Shown here: piece after piece, positions 40,467-50,436 of the stretch
Layout: each line of letters starts with the position of its first letter
How positions within the stretch are numbered: the stretch's first letter is position 1
DNA from: an uncultured Alphaproteobacteria bacterium
Lineage (GTDB): Bacteria > Pseudomonadota > Alphaproteobacteria > UBA9655
Direction of reading: 5' to 3'
NCBI GenBank assembly: GCA_964474215.1
Contig: CAYYRQ010000006.1
Span: forward strand, 15,348 to 79,347
Length of the DNA: 64,000 nt
The notes under the pieces: generated by a model
The model's database searches: none
Told to the model about the DNA's origin: nothing
What the model saw: only the letters and a program-made list of their open reading frames with translations
Made by a program: the position numbers and the translations under genes

Positions 40467-40787
40467 ATGACTGAAAGTGACACACAGAATACAATCATAT
40501 CACTTAGAAAGTTTTTAACGGAACTCGTCGTGTTTTCACTTGGAAATGTTCTCTTTACGCTCATCTGGTTTACCTATGACAGACAATGTGTCTTTTGGCC
40601 TAAGTATGTTATGTTCGTTTGGGGAATAAGCCTCGTGGCTTCAGCATGCCGTCAAGGAATATTGGAGCATTATGTAACCAAACTTTTTATCCACACAAAT
40701 AAAGAGGAAGAGCATAAACAAGAGAATCCTGAAGCAAAACAAAAACAAACGCGTGTTCCCCTTTACAAATATTGGAATAAAAAATAA
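40467..40787 (+). CDS. Small membrane protein, probable 2TM-domain family
   Basis: Two TM helices with the FWPKYVMFVWGISLVA pattern and a charged C-terminal tail. Confidence 0.45.
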   Translation: MTESDTQNTIISLRKFLTELVVFSLGNVLFTLIWFTYDRQCVFWPKYVMFVWGISLVASACRQGILEHYVTKLFIHTNKEEEHKQENPEAKQKQTRVPLYKYWNKK

Positions 40788-40860
40788 GCGCTTGAATTGT
40801 TTGACAAACACATGGTTTTACCGTACAAACGAATGAAAATTACAAAGTCTCGGAGATTAA

Positions 40861-41079
40861 ATGTCCAAAGAAGATTTAATTGAGTTTAACGGCACCATTA
40901 TTGAACTGCTCCCAAATGCAACTTTTAGGGTAGAGCTCGAAAATGGACATGTTATTTTAGCTCACACATCAGGCCGTATGCGTAAAAATCGTATTCGTGT
41001 TCTTGCAGGTGACAAGGTAACGGTTGAAATGACTCCATATGATCTTACGAAGGGGCGCATTACCTTCCGTCACAAATAA
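40861..41079 (+). CDS. infA: Translation initiation factor IF-1
   Basis: 72 aa: [30 protein letters not shown]...RITFR. Confidence 0.97.
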   Translation: MSKEDLIEFNGTIIELLPNATFRVELENGHVILAHTSGRMRKNRIRVLAGDKVTVEMTPYDLTKGRITFRHK

Positions 41080-41648
41080 TGAAGCTTATACTTGCCTCAT
41101 CATCTCCCAGACGAAAAGAATTATTAAATTCGATTGGCCTTGAGCCCGATCAAATCATAAGTCCTGATGTCGACGAAACGCCCATTAAAAATGAGAAAAT
41201 ACAGAAATACGTTGAACGCATTTCTATAGATAAAGCCCGTGAAGTTCATCGCCAAGTGGCAGATGCTTTCGTTTTAGCGGCAGATACAGCCGTTGCTTTA
41301 GGCCGCCGAACTTTACTCAAGCCAACAGATAAAAATGATGCATATAAAATGCTCAAAGCGCACTCGGGGCGGAGGCATCGGGTTTATACAGGCGTTTGTG
41401 TTATATCCCCAAATGGAAAAGAAGTCAGCTCTGTAACGCAGACGCGCATTCTAATGAAACGGCTAGAAGAATCCGAAATTGAAGAATACCTTGCGAGCAA
41501 TGAATGGGAAGGGAAAGCCGGCGGCTATTCCATCCAAGGGCTTGCAGCCAAATATGTAAAGTCAATCACTGGCTCATATTCAAACGTTGTGGGACTTCCT
41601 CTCTATGAAACGTCCTCTCTTCTTAAAGGCTTAGGATATCGTGGCTGA
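41079..41648 (+). CDS. maf: Maf-family nucleoside triphosphate pyrophosphatase
   Basis: ILASSSPRRKELL, AADT, GKAGGYSIQG motifs. Confidence 0.92.
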   Translation: MKLILASSSPRRKELLNSIGLEPDQIISPDVDETPIKNEKIQKYVERISIDKAREVHRQVADAFVLAADTAVALGRRTLLKPTDKNDAYKMLKAHSGRRHRVYTGVCVISPNGKEVSSVTQTRILMKRLEESEIEEYLASNEWEGKAGGYSIQGLAAKYVKSITGSYSNVVGLPLYETSSLLKGLGYRG

Positions 41649-42699
41649 TATTTTTTATACGGTAGGCAACGACATGCACCGCGTTGCACGTGTTGAGAGA
41701 GGTGAGATTGTTGAACTTGATTTTGAATACATTGACAAACCCATATCTAATCTAAACGGCGTCTATTTAGGAAAAGTCATAGAAATCCAAAAACCATTAA
41801 ATGCTGCTTTTGTTGATCTGGGGCTGTCAAAGCCAGGCATTATACCCTTGAAGGAGGGGAATCTTGAGATCCTCAAGCAGGGTGATCGTGCTTTGGTTCA
41901 AGTTATCCGCACGGAGAATCCCCCTGAAAATAAAGGCCCGAGACTGTCGAGGCTCATAACGCTTTCGTTAGGACCGCTTCTCTATACGCCCTTTAGGCCC
42001 GGATTGAACTTTTCTAAACGAATCAAAAATACTCAATCGATTGAAAATCTAATAACGCTCACTCCCAACGAGGGCGTCGTTGTGAGAAGTTGGGCCAGTC
42101 CAGAAGAGCCTTATGAATCTATGATCGAGACACTTCGAAAAGAATGGAATGAAATACAATCTTATGAAAATGAAAAGACGCCAAAACAAGTTGGACCATC
42201 ATACGACTTGCTTTCGCGAACAATTCGGTCTATGGGAATCAAGGATAGCTTAATCACAGACTGTCGGCAAATTTCAAATCGCTATGCTGATAGGGCAACA
42301 TATATTAGTAAAGCTGCTTTTGATGACCGTTGCGAAACAGCATGGGAAAGCTTGTTAACATCTTTTGTGCCTTTGCCTGACGGAGGAAACATTTATATTG
42401 AAGAAACGCAAGCTTTAGTCGTCATTGATGCCAATAGTCAAGGAAGCTTGAGGCATGCCCTGCCATTTAACCGCAAGGTCGTCAAAGAAATCTTGAAACA
42501 AATTCGGTTAAGAGACTTAGGTGGCAAAATTATTGTTGATTTAATTCACCCCCCGAAGTCATGGAAACAACTTTTTGTCGATGCAGAAATACGTTCTGAC
42601 ATCCAAGTCTGGGGAATCTCTTCCCTTGGCCTGCTTGAGATGATAAGACAAAAAAAACGTCTGTCATTGCCGCAAAGACTTAAATTGGAAATGAATTAG
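41641..42699 (+). CDS. RNase E/G-family ribonuclease, short form (352 aa)
   Basis: S1-like GVYLGKVIEIQKPLNAAFVDLG and catalytic block IEETQALVVIDANS...IRLRDLGGKIIVDLI. infA-maf-rng-yacG synteny. Confidence 0.75.
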   Translation: MADIFYTVGNDMHRVARVERGEIVELDFEYIDKPISNLNGVYLGKVIEIQKPLNAAFVDLGLSKPGIIPLKEGNLEILKQGDRALVQVIRTENPPENKGPRLSRLITLSLGPLLYTPFRPGLNFSKRIKNTQSIENLITLTPNEGVVVRSWASPEEPYESMIETLRKEWNEIQSYENEKTPKQVGPSYDLLSRTIRSMGIKDSLITDCRQISNRYADRATYISKAAFDDRCETAWESLLTSFVPLPDGGNIYIEETQALVVIDANSQGSLRHALPFNRKVVKEILKQIRLRDLGGKIIVDLIHPPKSWKQLFVDAEIRSDIQVWGISSLGLLEMIRQKKRLSLPQRLKLEMN

Positions 42700-42882
42700 G
42701 TGAAAAACATGAAGTCGAAGTGCCCCATTTGTAAAAAGGAAACGGTTATTAAATTTAGACCCTTTTGCTCACTACGGTGCAAAGATATTGACCTCCTCCG
42801 ATGGCTTAAAGGAGATTATTTCATTCCAGGAGATGAGGATGAGGCAAAAAATGAAAATCCTGACAACGATGACAATGACTAG
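42700..42882 (+). CDS. yacG: DNA gyrase inhibitor YacG (zinc-binding)
   Basis: CPICKK...[18 protein letters not shown]. The start is GTG 42700 or ATG 42709. Confidence 0.85.
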   Translation: MKNMKSKCPICKKETVIKFRPFCSLRCKDIDLLRWLKGDYFIPGDEDEAKNENPDNDDND

Positions 42883-42999
42883 ATATTATCTAGAGATTTC
42901 AAAGTGATATATTTAGAACAAAATTATTGCTGTAAGGGATTGTGTTATCTAAATCATGGGGTTATGAATAGGTAACAAAATTAAACGGGAGATTATTTA

Positions 43000-44112
43000 A
43001 TGGAAATGATCATTAGCTTGGGCTGGTACGTCATACCTTTCCTTATTGTCTTATCAATCCTTGTTTTTGTCCATGAGCTTGGGCACTATCTCGTCGCTCG
43101 CTATAATGGTGTTGGCGTAGATGTCTTCTCAATAGGCTTTGGTCCAGAGGTTTTCGGATGGAATGATCGCGCTGGCACAAGATGGAAAGTCAGTTGGTTC
43201 CCGTTGGGCGGATATGTAAAAATGGTTGGTGACGCAGATGCAGCTAGTACACCTGATCACGATGCCCTTAAATCAATGACTGCTGATATCAAAGAACGCT
43301 CCTTATTTTATAAAACAGTTTGGCAACGTATTGCCGTATCTGCTGCAGGACCTCTCGCAAACTATATTTTTGCGGCATTTATCTTTGCAATTCTCTTTGC
43401 TGTCGTTGGGCAAAGATACACGCAACCAGTTATCGAAGGCTTTCAACCTGGAAGTGTTGCTGAGCAAGCAGGTTTCCTTGTAAATGATAAAATTATAGCT
43501 ATCAATGGCGAAACAATTGATCGTTTTGAGGATGTATCCCTATTTGTTCAATCGCATCCTGGTGATCGCCTTGATGTGGTTGTTCAAAGAAATGGGAGTG
43601 TTTTGACTCTTCCCGTCACACCAGAACTCACTGAAATTAAAGATGTTTTTGGGAATGTTCACAAGGCAGGCAAGTTAGGCATTAAAGGAGGACAGCCGGC
43701 TTATATTAAAAGAGCATGGTGGAATTCCTGGTGGTATGGAATAAAAGAGACCCTTTCTTTAAGCTGGCAAACACTGGAAGCATTGGGGCAAATTATTACG
43801 GGTACAAAATCAGCTGATGGACTCGGTGGGCCATTACGAATTGCTCAAATGTCCGGGGAAATTGCACAGTCCGGAATTGTTGCTTTAATTTGGTTTATGG
43901 CGCTTTTATCCGTCAACCTTGGCCTGATTAATCTTTTTCCCGTTCCCATGCTCGATGGAGGTCACTTATTTTTCTATTTTATAGAAGCTGTACGTGGAAA
44001 ACCTCTTTCTGAAAAAGCGCAAGAGTGGGGCTTTCGAATCGGATTTGGCATCATCGTGATGCTAATGATCCTAGCAACATGGAATGACATTCTTCATGTC
44101 ATTTATAAATAA
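43000..44112 (+). CDS. rseP: RIP metalloprotease RseP
   Basis: HELGHY zinc motif, a PDZ domain, NLFPVPMLDGGH. Confidence 0.93.
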   Translation: MEMIISLGWYVIPFLIVLSILVFVHELGHYLVARYNGVGVDVFSIGFGPEVFGWNDRAGTRWKVSWFPLGGYVKMVGDADAASTPDHDALKSMTADIKERSLFYKTVWQRIAVSAAGPLANYIFAAFIFAILFAVVGQRYTQPVIEGFQPGSVAEQAGFLVNDKIIAINGETIDRFEDVSLFVQSHPGDRLDVVVQRNGSVLTLPVTPELTEIKDVFGNVHKAGKLGIKGGQPAYIKRAWWNSWWYGIKETLSLSWQTLEALGQIITGTKSADGLGGPLRIAQMSGEIAQSGIVALIWFMALLSVNLGLINLFPVPMLDGGHLFFYFIEAVRGKPLSEKAQEWGFRIGFGIIVMLMILATWNDILHVIYK

Positions 44113-44124
44113 ATTGAGGTAATT

Positions 44125-46443
44125 GTGTTAAGGCATTCTCTGTACGTATCAACAGCAATAGGTTTCGCATTATTATCGACTGTTACCTTTGCGCAAGAAA
44201 TTGTTAAATCTATAGAGGTTGAGGGTAACCGTCGCGTTGAGACACCTACAATCCTCAGTTATATAGATGTTAAACCGGGACAATCTCTTGATTATGGACA
44301 AGTCGAGGAAACCCTTAAAAACCTTTATGCAACGGGTTTGTTTTCTGACGTTGTCATCGATCAACAAGGCAACCGACTTGTCATCAATGTTGTCGAAAAC
44401 AAAATCATAAACCGAATTGCTTATGAAGGAAATGATAAACTCAAGGATGAAGTTTTAGAAGCTGAGCTTGGATTAAAGCCTCGGGAAGTTTACACGCCCG
44501 CTAAAGTACAAGAGGCTGCCCAAAAAATAAGAGACATGTACCGCCTAAGCGGCCGATATGGCGCCAAAGTCATACCAAAGATTATTGAACGTGAAGAAAA
44601 CCGCATCGACCTCGTTTTTGAAATTAAGGAGGGCAGTCTTACGCGTATCAACAAAATTATATTTGTTGGAAATAAACATGTAAGCACTTCCAAACTTGAG
44701 TCAGTCGTATTAACGAAAGAATCACATTGGTATCGTTTTTTTAGCTCAGATGATACATATGATCCCGATCGTTTGGCCTATGATAAAGAATTGCTCCGTC
44801 GCTATTACTATGAACAGGGCTATGCTGACTTTAAAATTGACTCAGTCGTCGCTGAGCTCGATCCGGATGATCAGGAATTCTATATTACCTATACATTGAG
44901 CGAAGGAGAGCGTTATAAGTTTGGCTCCATAAAAATCACCAATAACTTACCAAAGCTAAATGCTTGTGATTTAGACGAATTGCTCAAAGTCAAAACGGGT
45001 GAGTGGTTCAACAGCAAAGAAATTGAAAAGTCTGTAAATGCTTTAAACCTTGCCATTGGCGAAAAAGGATTTGCCTTTATAGAGATTAACCCAAGGCTTA
45101 AAAGAAATCCTTGCGATAAAACTGTTGATGTCAACTTTGAAATCAAAGAAGGCCGCCATGTTTATATTAATCGCATTGATATCGTAGGAAATGACCGTAC
45201 CGAAGAAGAAGTTGTCCGACGTGAGATCCGTCTAAGCGAAGGTGATCCATATAACAGTGTTAAATTAAAGCGGTCAGAACAAAAGATTCAAAACCTAGAC
45301 TTTTTCAAAAAAGTTGACGTCACACAACACGAAACCTCAGCCCCTGACAAAGTAGATCTTAAGGTAGAAGTCGAAGACAAACCAACAGGATCTATGCAAT
45401 TTTCAGCTGGATATTCTACAGCAGATGGTCCATTGGGTACCATTACCTTGAACGAGCGAAACCTCATGGGTAAAGGATATGATTTCTATGTCAGTACGAT
45501 GGTTTCTAAAAGAGCTCAAGATTATCATACAGGTTTTACCAACCCCTATACATTGGGACGTCCCTTATCATCGGGAATTGACCTCTTTCACACGTCACGA
45601 AAGTATCCAACGCGTGGTCAAAACGGGATTGGTTTCCGCCAAATGAAAACCGGTTCCACATTTTCTGCTGGATATGATTTGACTGAATACACAACTCAAT
45701 TTTGGAACTACTCAATTCGCCGCGATAGGATCGATGACACAAGAACAACAGTATCAGACGATGGAAAGAGGATGCCTTCTCCCTATTTGGTCGCGCAAAC
45801 AGGAACAAAGTTTGTTTCATCACTTGGGCAAAACATGTTTTATGACAAAAGGAACAGCAGCGTCTTCCCTAGCGAAGGGTATTACCTAGGCGTTGCAAAT
45901 GAACTCGCCGGCTTAGGTGGCCAAGTTCGTTATCTAAAGAATACGGCCCGTGGTGGCGCTTACTATTCGATTGACGATGACCAAAAATTTGTTGTGGTTG
46001 CCAAAGGATCTGTTGGTGTTATGTCTGATTTAGGTAAAACCTCCCGTGTTGTTGATCGCTATGATTTAGGTGGAGAAAGCTTTAGAGGCTTCTCTGATGC
46101 TGGTATAGGCCCTCGTGATGGCACAACCCGAGATGCTATTGGCGGTTTGTACTTTTACAAAGGAACCATTGAAATGTCATTCCCGCTCGGCCTCCCTCCC
46201 GAAATTGGGATTAAAGGAGCTATATTTAATGACATTGGAAGCGTCTGGCACTCAGGGAGCAAACAAGTCGCAACAAACCCGATACGAAGCAATAGCATGC
46301 GCTTTCGTTCAAGTGCTGGTGTTGGTATCACATGGCGCTCGCCTTTTGGACCCATCGGTGTAACCCTTGCAAAACCTTACATACGTGTAAAAGGTGTTGA
46401 CAGAGTGGAAGAATTCAGGGTTAATTTCGGAACAACTTTTTAG
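44125..46443 (+). CDS. bamA: Outer membrane protein assembly factor BamA
   Basis: 772 aa with a signal peptide, five POTRA-like repeats and a C-terminal beta-barrel ending ...FRVNFGTTF. Confidence 0.95.
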   Translation: MLRHSLYVSTAIGFALLSTVTFAQEIVKSIEVEGNRRVETPTILSYIDVKPGQSLDYGQVEETLKNLYATGLFSDVVIDQQGNRLVINVVENKIINRIAYEGNDKLKDEVLEAELGLKPREVYTPAKVQEAAQKIRDMYRLSGRYGAKVIPKIIEREENRIDLVFEIKEGSLTRINKIIFVGNKHVSTSKLESVVLTKESHWYRFFSSDDTYDPDRLAYDKELLRRYYYEQGYADFKIDSVVAELDPDDQEFYITYTLSEGERYKFGSIKITNNLPKLNACDLDELLKVKTGEWFNSKEIEKSVNALNLAIGEKGFAFIEINPRLKRNPCDKTVDVNFEIKEGRHVYINRIDIVGNDRTEEEVVRREIRLSEGDPYNSVKLKRSEQKIQNLDFFKKVDVTQHETSAPDKVDLKVEVEDKPTGSMQFSAGYSTADGPLGTITLNERNLMGKGYDFYVSTMVSKRAQDYHTGFTNPYTLGRPLSSGIDLFHTSRKYPTRGQNGIGFRQMKTGSTFSAGYDLTEYTTQFWNYSIRRDRIDDTRTTVSDDGKRMPSPYLVAQTGTKFVSSLGQNMFYDKRNSSVFPSEGYYLGVANELAGLGGQVRYLKNTARGGAYYSIDDDQKFVVVAKGSVGVMSDLGKTSRVVDRYDLGGESFRGFSDAGIGPRDGTTRDAIGGLYFYKGTIEMSFPLGLPPEIGIKGAIFNDIGSVWHSGSKQVATNPIRSNSMRFRSSAGVGITWRSPFGPIGVTLAKPYIRVKGVDRVEEFRVNFGTTF

Positions 46444-46449
46444 GAGAGA

Positions 46450-47046
46450 ATGATGAAAAAACTTATATTAGCGGTATTTTTTACAACAGCTGTTGCTGTT
46501 TCAACGGTTAAAGCGAATGAAAATCTACCTGCACCTGTAATTGCCGTTGTTGAGCAAGCAACCTTGGACAAGTCAAGCGCACTTAAATCCATTATTAGCC
46601 AAGTTGAAAAGAAGCGTAATGAAGTTCAAAAAGAAATGGTTAAGTACGAAAATGAACTCAAAGCTGAGGATAAAAAATTAGCAGATGAACAAAAAAAGTT
46701 ATCTGAACAAGAATTTTCGAAAAAGCGCCAAAAGTTTGAAGCACGCGTTCGCGATGTTCAGGAACGTCTTGAATTAAGAAGGGCTCAAATTGAGTTAGGC
46801 ATTGAAGATGCGAAGAAACAAGTTCTTCAAACATTCCTTAAAGTATCTGATCAGGTTCGCCAAGAAGTTGGGGCAAACCTTATGCTATACAAAGAAACAG
46901 TTGTAACAGCAGATAATTCATTTGATGTATCTAATCAGGTTCTTGATCGCTTAAATAAAGAGCTTCCGTCTGTTCATGTTACATATAAGCCAGAAGCTGA
47001 AGTCAAGAAGGAATTGCTCAAGCAATTACAATTACAACAAGGCTAA
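46450..47046 (+). CDS. OmpH/Skp-family periplasmic chaperone
   Basis: Signal peptide, a long charged coiled-coil region, and a position between bamA and lpxD. Confidence 0.85.
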   Translation: MMKKLILAVFFTTAVAVSTVKANENLPAPVIAVVEQATLDKSSALKSIISQVEKKRNEVQKEMVKYENELKAEDKKLADEQKKLSEQEFSKKRQKFEARVRDVQERLELRRAQIELGIEDAKKQVLQTFLKVSDQVRQEVGANLMLYKETVVTADNSFDVSNQVLDRLNKELPSVHVTYKPEAEVKKELLKQLQLQQG

Positions 47047-47217
47047 GCTTAGCTAAATAACGAATGAGTGCCCATGCTTTTTTCTAAAAGTGTGGGCTCT
47101 TCATTTAACCGGCCTTTCTCTCACTCCCTTGACGCCCAAAAAATAGAAAGTTCTTTACATTTGTCGAGCATCTGAATAAATATTCATGTATAAACTTTGT
47201 ATAAGATTTTTGAGTGT

Positions 47218-48249
47218 ATGACAGATCCACGATTTTATAATAATAAAGGTCCATTCACACTATCTCAGCTCGCTGAAATCGGAGAGTGTGAAATTACAAG
47301 AGGCGATCCTTCGACTCTCATCCATGATGTCGCTCCCTTAAATCTCGCCGATTCAAAATGCATTAGCGTCTTTCACAACAAAAAGTATTTTGAAATGTTA
47401 GGCAGCTCAAAAACTGGTGCATGTATTCTTGACGAGCAATCTATCCAGAAAGCTCCAAATGATTCAGCATTACTTGTCTCCAAGTACCCCACTAAATCAT
47501 ATGCCCTCATCGCAGCAACATTTTACCCCATAGAAAAACAAAAGCCAGGCATTCATCCGACCGCAATTGTCCATGAATCAGTAAAACTGGGAAATAATGT
47601 TTATATCGGACCCTACGTCATTATCGAAGAAAATGTTCAAATTGGGGACGAAGTACAAATAGGCGCACATTCCGTCATTGAAAAAGGCGTCTCTATTCAG
47701 GAATACACCGTTATTCGAACCCATGTCATGATTTCGCATGCATTGGTTGGTAAATATGTACATATTAAGTCTGGCGCACGTATCGGACAACGTGGGTTTG
47801 GCTTTTTTATGGATCCAAGCGGGCAGGGGAATCACTTGCCTGTCCCACAATTAGGGCGTGTGATTTTACATGATTTTGTTGAAATCGGCTCTAACTCAAC
47901 AGTTGATCGCGGCAGTGGAGATGATACAATTATTGGCTATGGAACACGCATAGATAATCTTGTTCAAATCGCGCATAATGTCCATTTTGGAACAGGATGC
48001 GTCATGGTTGCTCAGTCCGGTGTTGCTGGAAGTACCAAATTTGGAGATTACGTAGCAGCCGGAGGCCAAGCCGGCATTGCAGATCATTTAAAAATTGGCT
48101 CTGGAGCCCAGCTCGGAGCTCAATGTGGCATCATGAGTGACATCGAGCCAAGAGAAATTGTAATGGGGAGTCCAGCGGCACCCGTTAAAACTTTCTTCCG
48201 GCAGCAGGCTATGCTAAAAAAACTAACTAAAGATGACCGAAAAAAATAG
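47218..48249 (+). CDS. lpxD: UDP-3-O-acylglucosamine N-acyltransferase
   Basis: N-terminal LpxD domain plus hexapeptide repeats. ATG 47218 is preferred over TTG 47197. Confidence 0.92.
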   Translation: MTDPRFYNNKGPFTLSQLAEIGECEITRGDPSTLIHDVAPLNLADSKCISVFHNKKYFEMLGSSKTGACILDEQSIQKAPNDSALLVSKYPTKSYALIAATFYPIEKQKPGIHPTAIVHESVKLGNNVYIGPYVIIEENVQIGDEVQIGAHSVIEKGVSIQEYTVIRTHVMISHALVGKYVHIKSGARIGQRGFGFFMDPSGQGNHLPVPQLGRVILHDFVEIGSNSTVDRGSGDDTIIGYGTRIDNLVQIAHNVHFGTGCVMVAQSGVAGSTKFGDYVAAGGQAGIADHLKIGSGAQLGAQCGIMSDIEPREIVMGSPAAPVKTFFRQQAMLKKLTKDDRKK

Positions 48250-48261
48250 TTGAGGAAAATT

Positions 48262-48741
48262 ATGATGACGATGGCGAATACCCAAGAAAAGCAAACGGAA
48301 TGCACCGAACTTAATATGGAACAAATTAAGCGCCTTCTTCCCCATAGGGATCCAATGCTTATGGTTGATAAGCTAACAGATGTTGTAATTGGTGAAAGTG
48401 CAATAGGCGTAAAGACAACATCAACCAAGGATTGGTATTTTCAAGGTCACTTCCCTGCGAAAGCCGTTATGCCAGGGGTTATGATTATTGAGGCACTGGC
48501 TCAAACAGCGGCTGCTCTTGCCATGCATAGCTTAGACTTATATGATAAAGAAATGCTCGTATATTTCATGGGTATTGATGAAGCGAAGTTTAGGAAAATG
48601 GTCTTTCCTGGCGATACGTTGCACCTTGAAGTCACGCGTACCCATCGAAGAGGCAACGTATGGCGATTTAAAGGTGTTGCAAAGGTTAATGGCGAAGTTG
48701 CTGCCGAAGCCGTTAAGACAGCAATGATTGCCGAAAAGTAA
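48262..48741 (+). CDS. fabZ: 3-hydroxyacyl-ACP dehydratase FabZ
   Basis: LPHRDPMLMVDKL and GHFPAKAVMPGVMIIEALAQ. The start is uncertain because there are several in-frame ATGs. Confidence 0.93.
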   Translation: MMTMANTQEKQTECTELNMEQIKRLLPHRDPMLMVDKLTDVVIGESAIGVKTTSTKDWYFQGHFPAKAVMPGVMIIEALAQTAAALAMHSLDLYDKEMLVYFMGIDEAKFRKMVFPGDTLHLEVTRTHRRGNVWRFKGVAKVNGEVAAEAVKTAMIAEK

Positions 48742-48758
48742 TTCTAGAAAGTAAATTC

Positions 48759-49601
48759 ATGTCAAAATCTATTCATCCGACTGCTCTCGTTTCTGAGAAT
48801 GCCCAAATTTCAGACGGCGTTGAAATTGGTCCCTATTGTATCATCGGGCCAAATGTTATTTTAAAGGAAAATGCGAAGCTTCATTCCCACGTTGTTATAC
48901 AAGGCCACGCAATTATTGGTGCCGAAACCACAGTTTATCCTTTTGCTGTAATTGGAATGCCTCCCCAAAACATGCATTTCAAAAATGAAGCCTCAACAAT
49001 AGAGATAGGGCGATCTTGTGTCATCCGTGAGCATGTAACCATCCACCCTGGCACTGAAAAAGGGGGCATGAAAACGGTCGTTGGCGACAATTGCTATCTT
49101 ATGATTAATGTCCACATTGGACATGATTGTATCATCGGCAACAACGTTGTTATGGCCAATGGTGCGACCCTCGGTGGGCATGTGCATATTGGAGATTTTG
49201 CAAACATAGGAGGCCTTGCTGCTATACACCAATTTGTTCGTATTGGCCCCTACGCTATGATTTCCGGTACTGCTGGCGTTAAGGAGGACATTATTCCCTT
49301 TGGTATGGTCATGGCCATGCAAGGGCGATTAGGTGGACTCAATTTAGTGGGAATGAAAAGACGCGGTGTTGAGCGCGAGGATATTCACAATCTAAGGAAT
49401 GCCTTTAAAATCCTCTCTAAAAGTGAGTCAGGCACTCTTGAAGAACGCCTTGGTCAAATTGAAACTCAATATGGTCAATCAAAAGAAGTAAAAACTTTAC
49501 TAAGTTTTATCCGTGAACACGCGGACAGACCCCTCTGTCTTCCTTCTGATATGTTTGAATTTGAAAAAGAGGACTCAAATGGTGGAAAACGCGCCGCCTA
49601 A
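48759..49601 (+). CDS. lpxA: Acyl-ACP--UDP-N-acetylglucosamine O-acyltransferase
   Basis: IHPTALV start, hexapeptide repeats, helical C-terminal domain. Confidence 0.94.
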   Translation: MSKSIHPTALVSENAQISDGVEIGPYCIIGPNVILKENAKLHSHVVIQGHAIIGAETTVYPFAVIGMPPQNMHFKNEASTIEIGRSCVIREHVTIHPGTEKGGMKTVVGDNCYLMINVHIGHDCIIGNNVVMANGATLGGHVHIGDFANIGGLAAIHQFVRIGPYAMISGTAGVKEDIIPFGMVMAMQGRLGGLNLVGMKRRGVEREDIHNLRNAFKILSKSESGTLEERLGQIETQYGQSKEVKTLLSFIREHADRPLCLPSDMFEFEKEDSNGGKRAA

Positions 49602-50436
49602 AAATGTCCCGATAGCGTTGCTGGCTGGACGAGGTGATTTGCCACGCAATCTCATCCAGATTTTTCAAAAACAATCTCGCCCCTTTTTCATCGTTGCTTT
49701 TCATGATCAGACAGATAAGGCTATTGTAAAAGACACGCCTCACGAATGGCTTCACTTCGGAGAAGTTGGAAAAGCCCTTAAAATATTTCATGATCATCAA
49801 ATCAAAGAAATTGTTATGGCGGGCAACATCACACGTCCTACCCTAAGGTCTCTCCGCCCGGACTGGATTGGTGTAAAATGGCTTGCAAGACTTGGTACAA
49901 AAGCCCTTGGCGATGATTCCATCTTAAAAAAAGTCATCTCAATGATCGAAGGTGAAAGTTTCAAAGTCGTCGCGCCTCATGACATCTTAAACGATTTATT
50001 GGCTCCAGAAGAGGTCATAACATTGGCACGGCCAGATGATCAGGCATGGCAAGATATTGAGCGCGGCGTTGAAGTCCTATCCGCCCTTGATCCTGTTGAC
50101 GTGGGCCAAGCAACTGTCGTTCAAGAAGGTCTTGTTCTTGGCGTGGAAGCCATAGAAGGGACAGAAGCCCTTATAAAAAGGGCAGGAGAGTTGAAACGCG
50201 ATGGGATAGGTGGCGTACTAGTCAAACTCTCCAAACGGCAGCAGGAAGTGCGTGCAGACCTTCCAACCATTGGAATTGAAACCCTCAAACAGTCTTATGA
50301 ATCTGGACTCAGGGGAATCGCGTATGAGGCGGGCAGGTCAATTCTCTTGAATAAAGAAGACGCGATCAAGTATGCCAATGAAAAAGGTCTCTTTTTAATA
50401 GGACTTGCGAGTCATCAATGCCACAAAAACCCTTAA
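49579..50436 (+). CDS. lpxI: UDP-2,3-diacylglucosamine pyrophosphatase LpxI (DUF1009)
   Basis: IALLAGRGDLP, GDDSILKKV, DVGQATVVQEGLVLGVEAIEGTEALIKRAG. Lies between lpxA and lpxB as in Caulobacter. ATG 49579 overlaps the lpxA end by 23 nt. Confidence 0.85.
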   Translation: MVENAPPKNVPIALLAGRGDLPRNLIQIFQKQSRPFFIVAFHDQTDKAIVKDTPHEWLHFGEVGKALKIFHDHQIKEIVMAGNITRPTLRSLRPDWIGVKWLARLGTKALGDDSILKKVISMIEGESFKVVAPHDILNDLLAPEEVITLARPDDQAWQDIERGVEVLSALDPVDVGQATVVQEGLVLGVEAIEGTEALIKRAGELKRDGIGGVLVKLSKRQQEVRADLPTIGIETLKQSYESGLRGIAYEAGRSILLNKEDAIKYANEKGLFLIGLASHQCHKNP

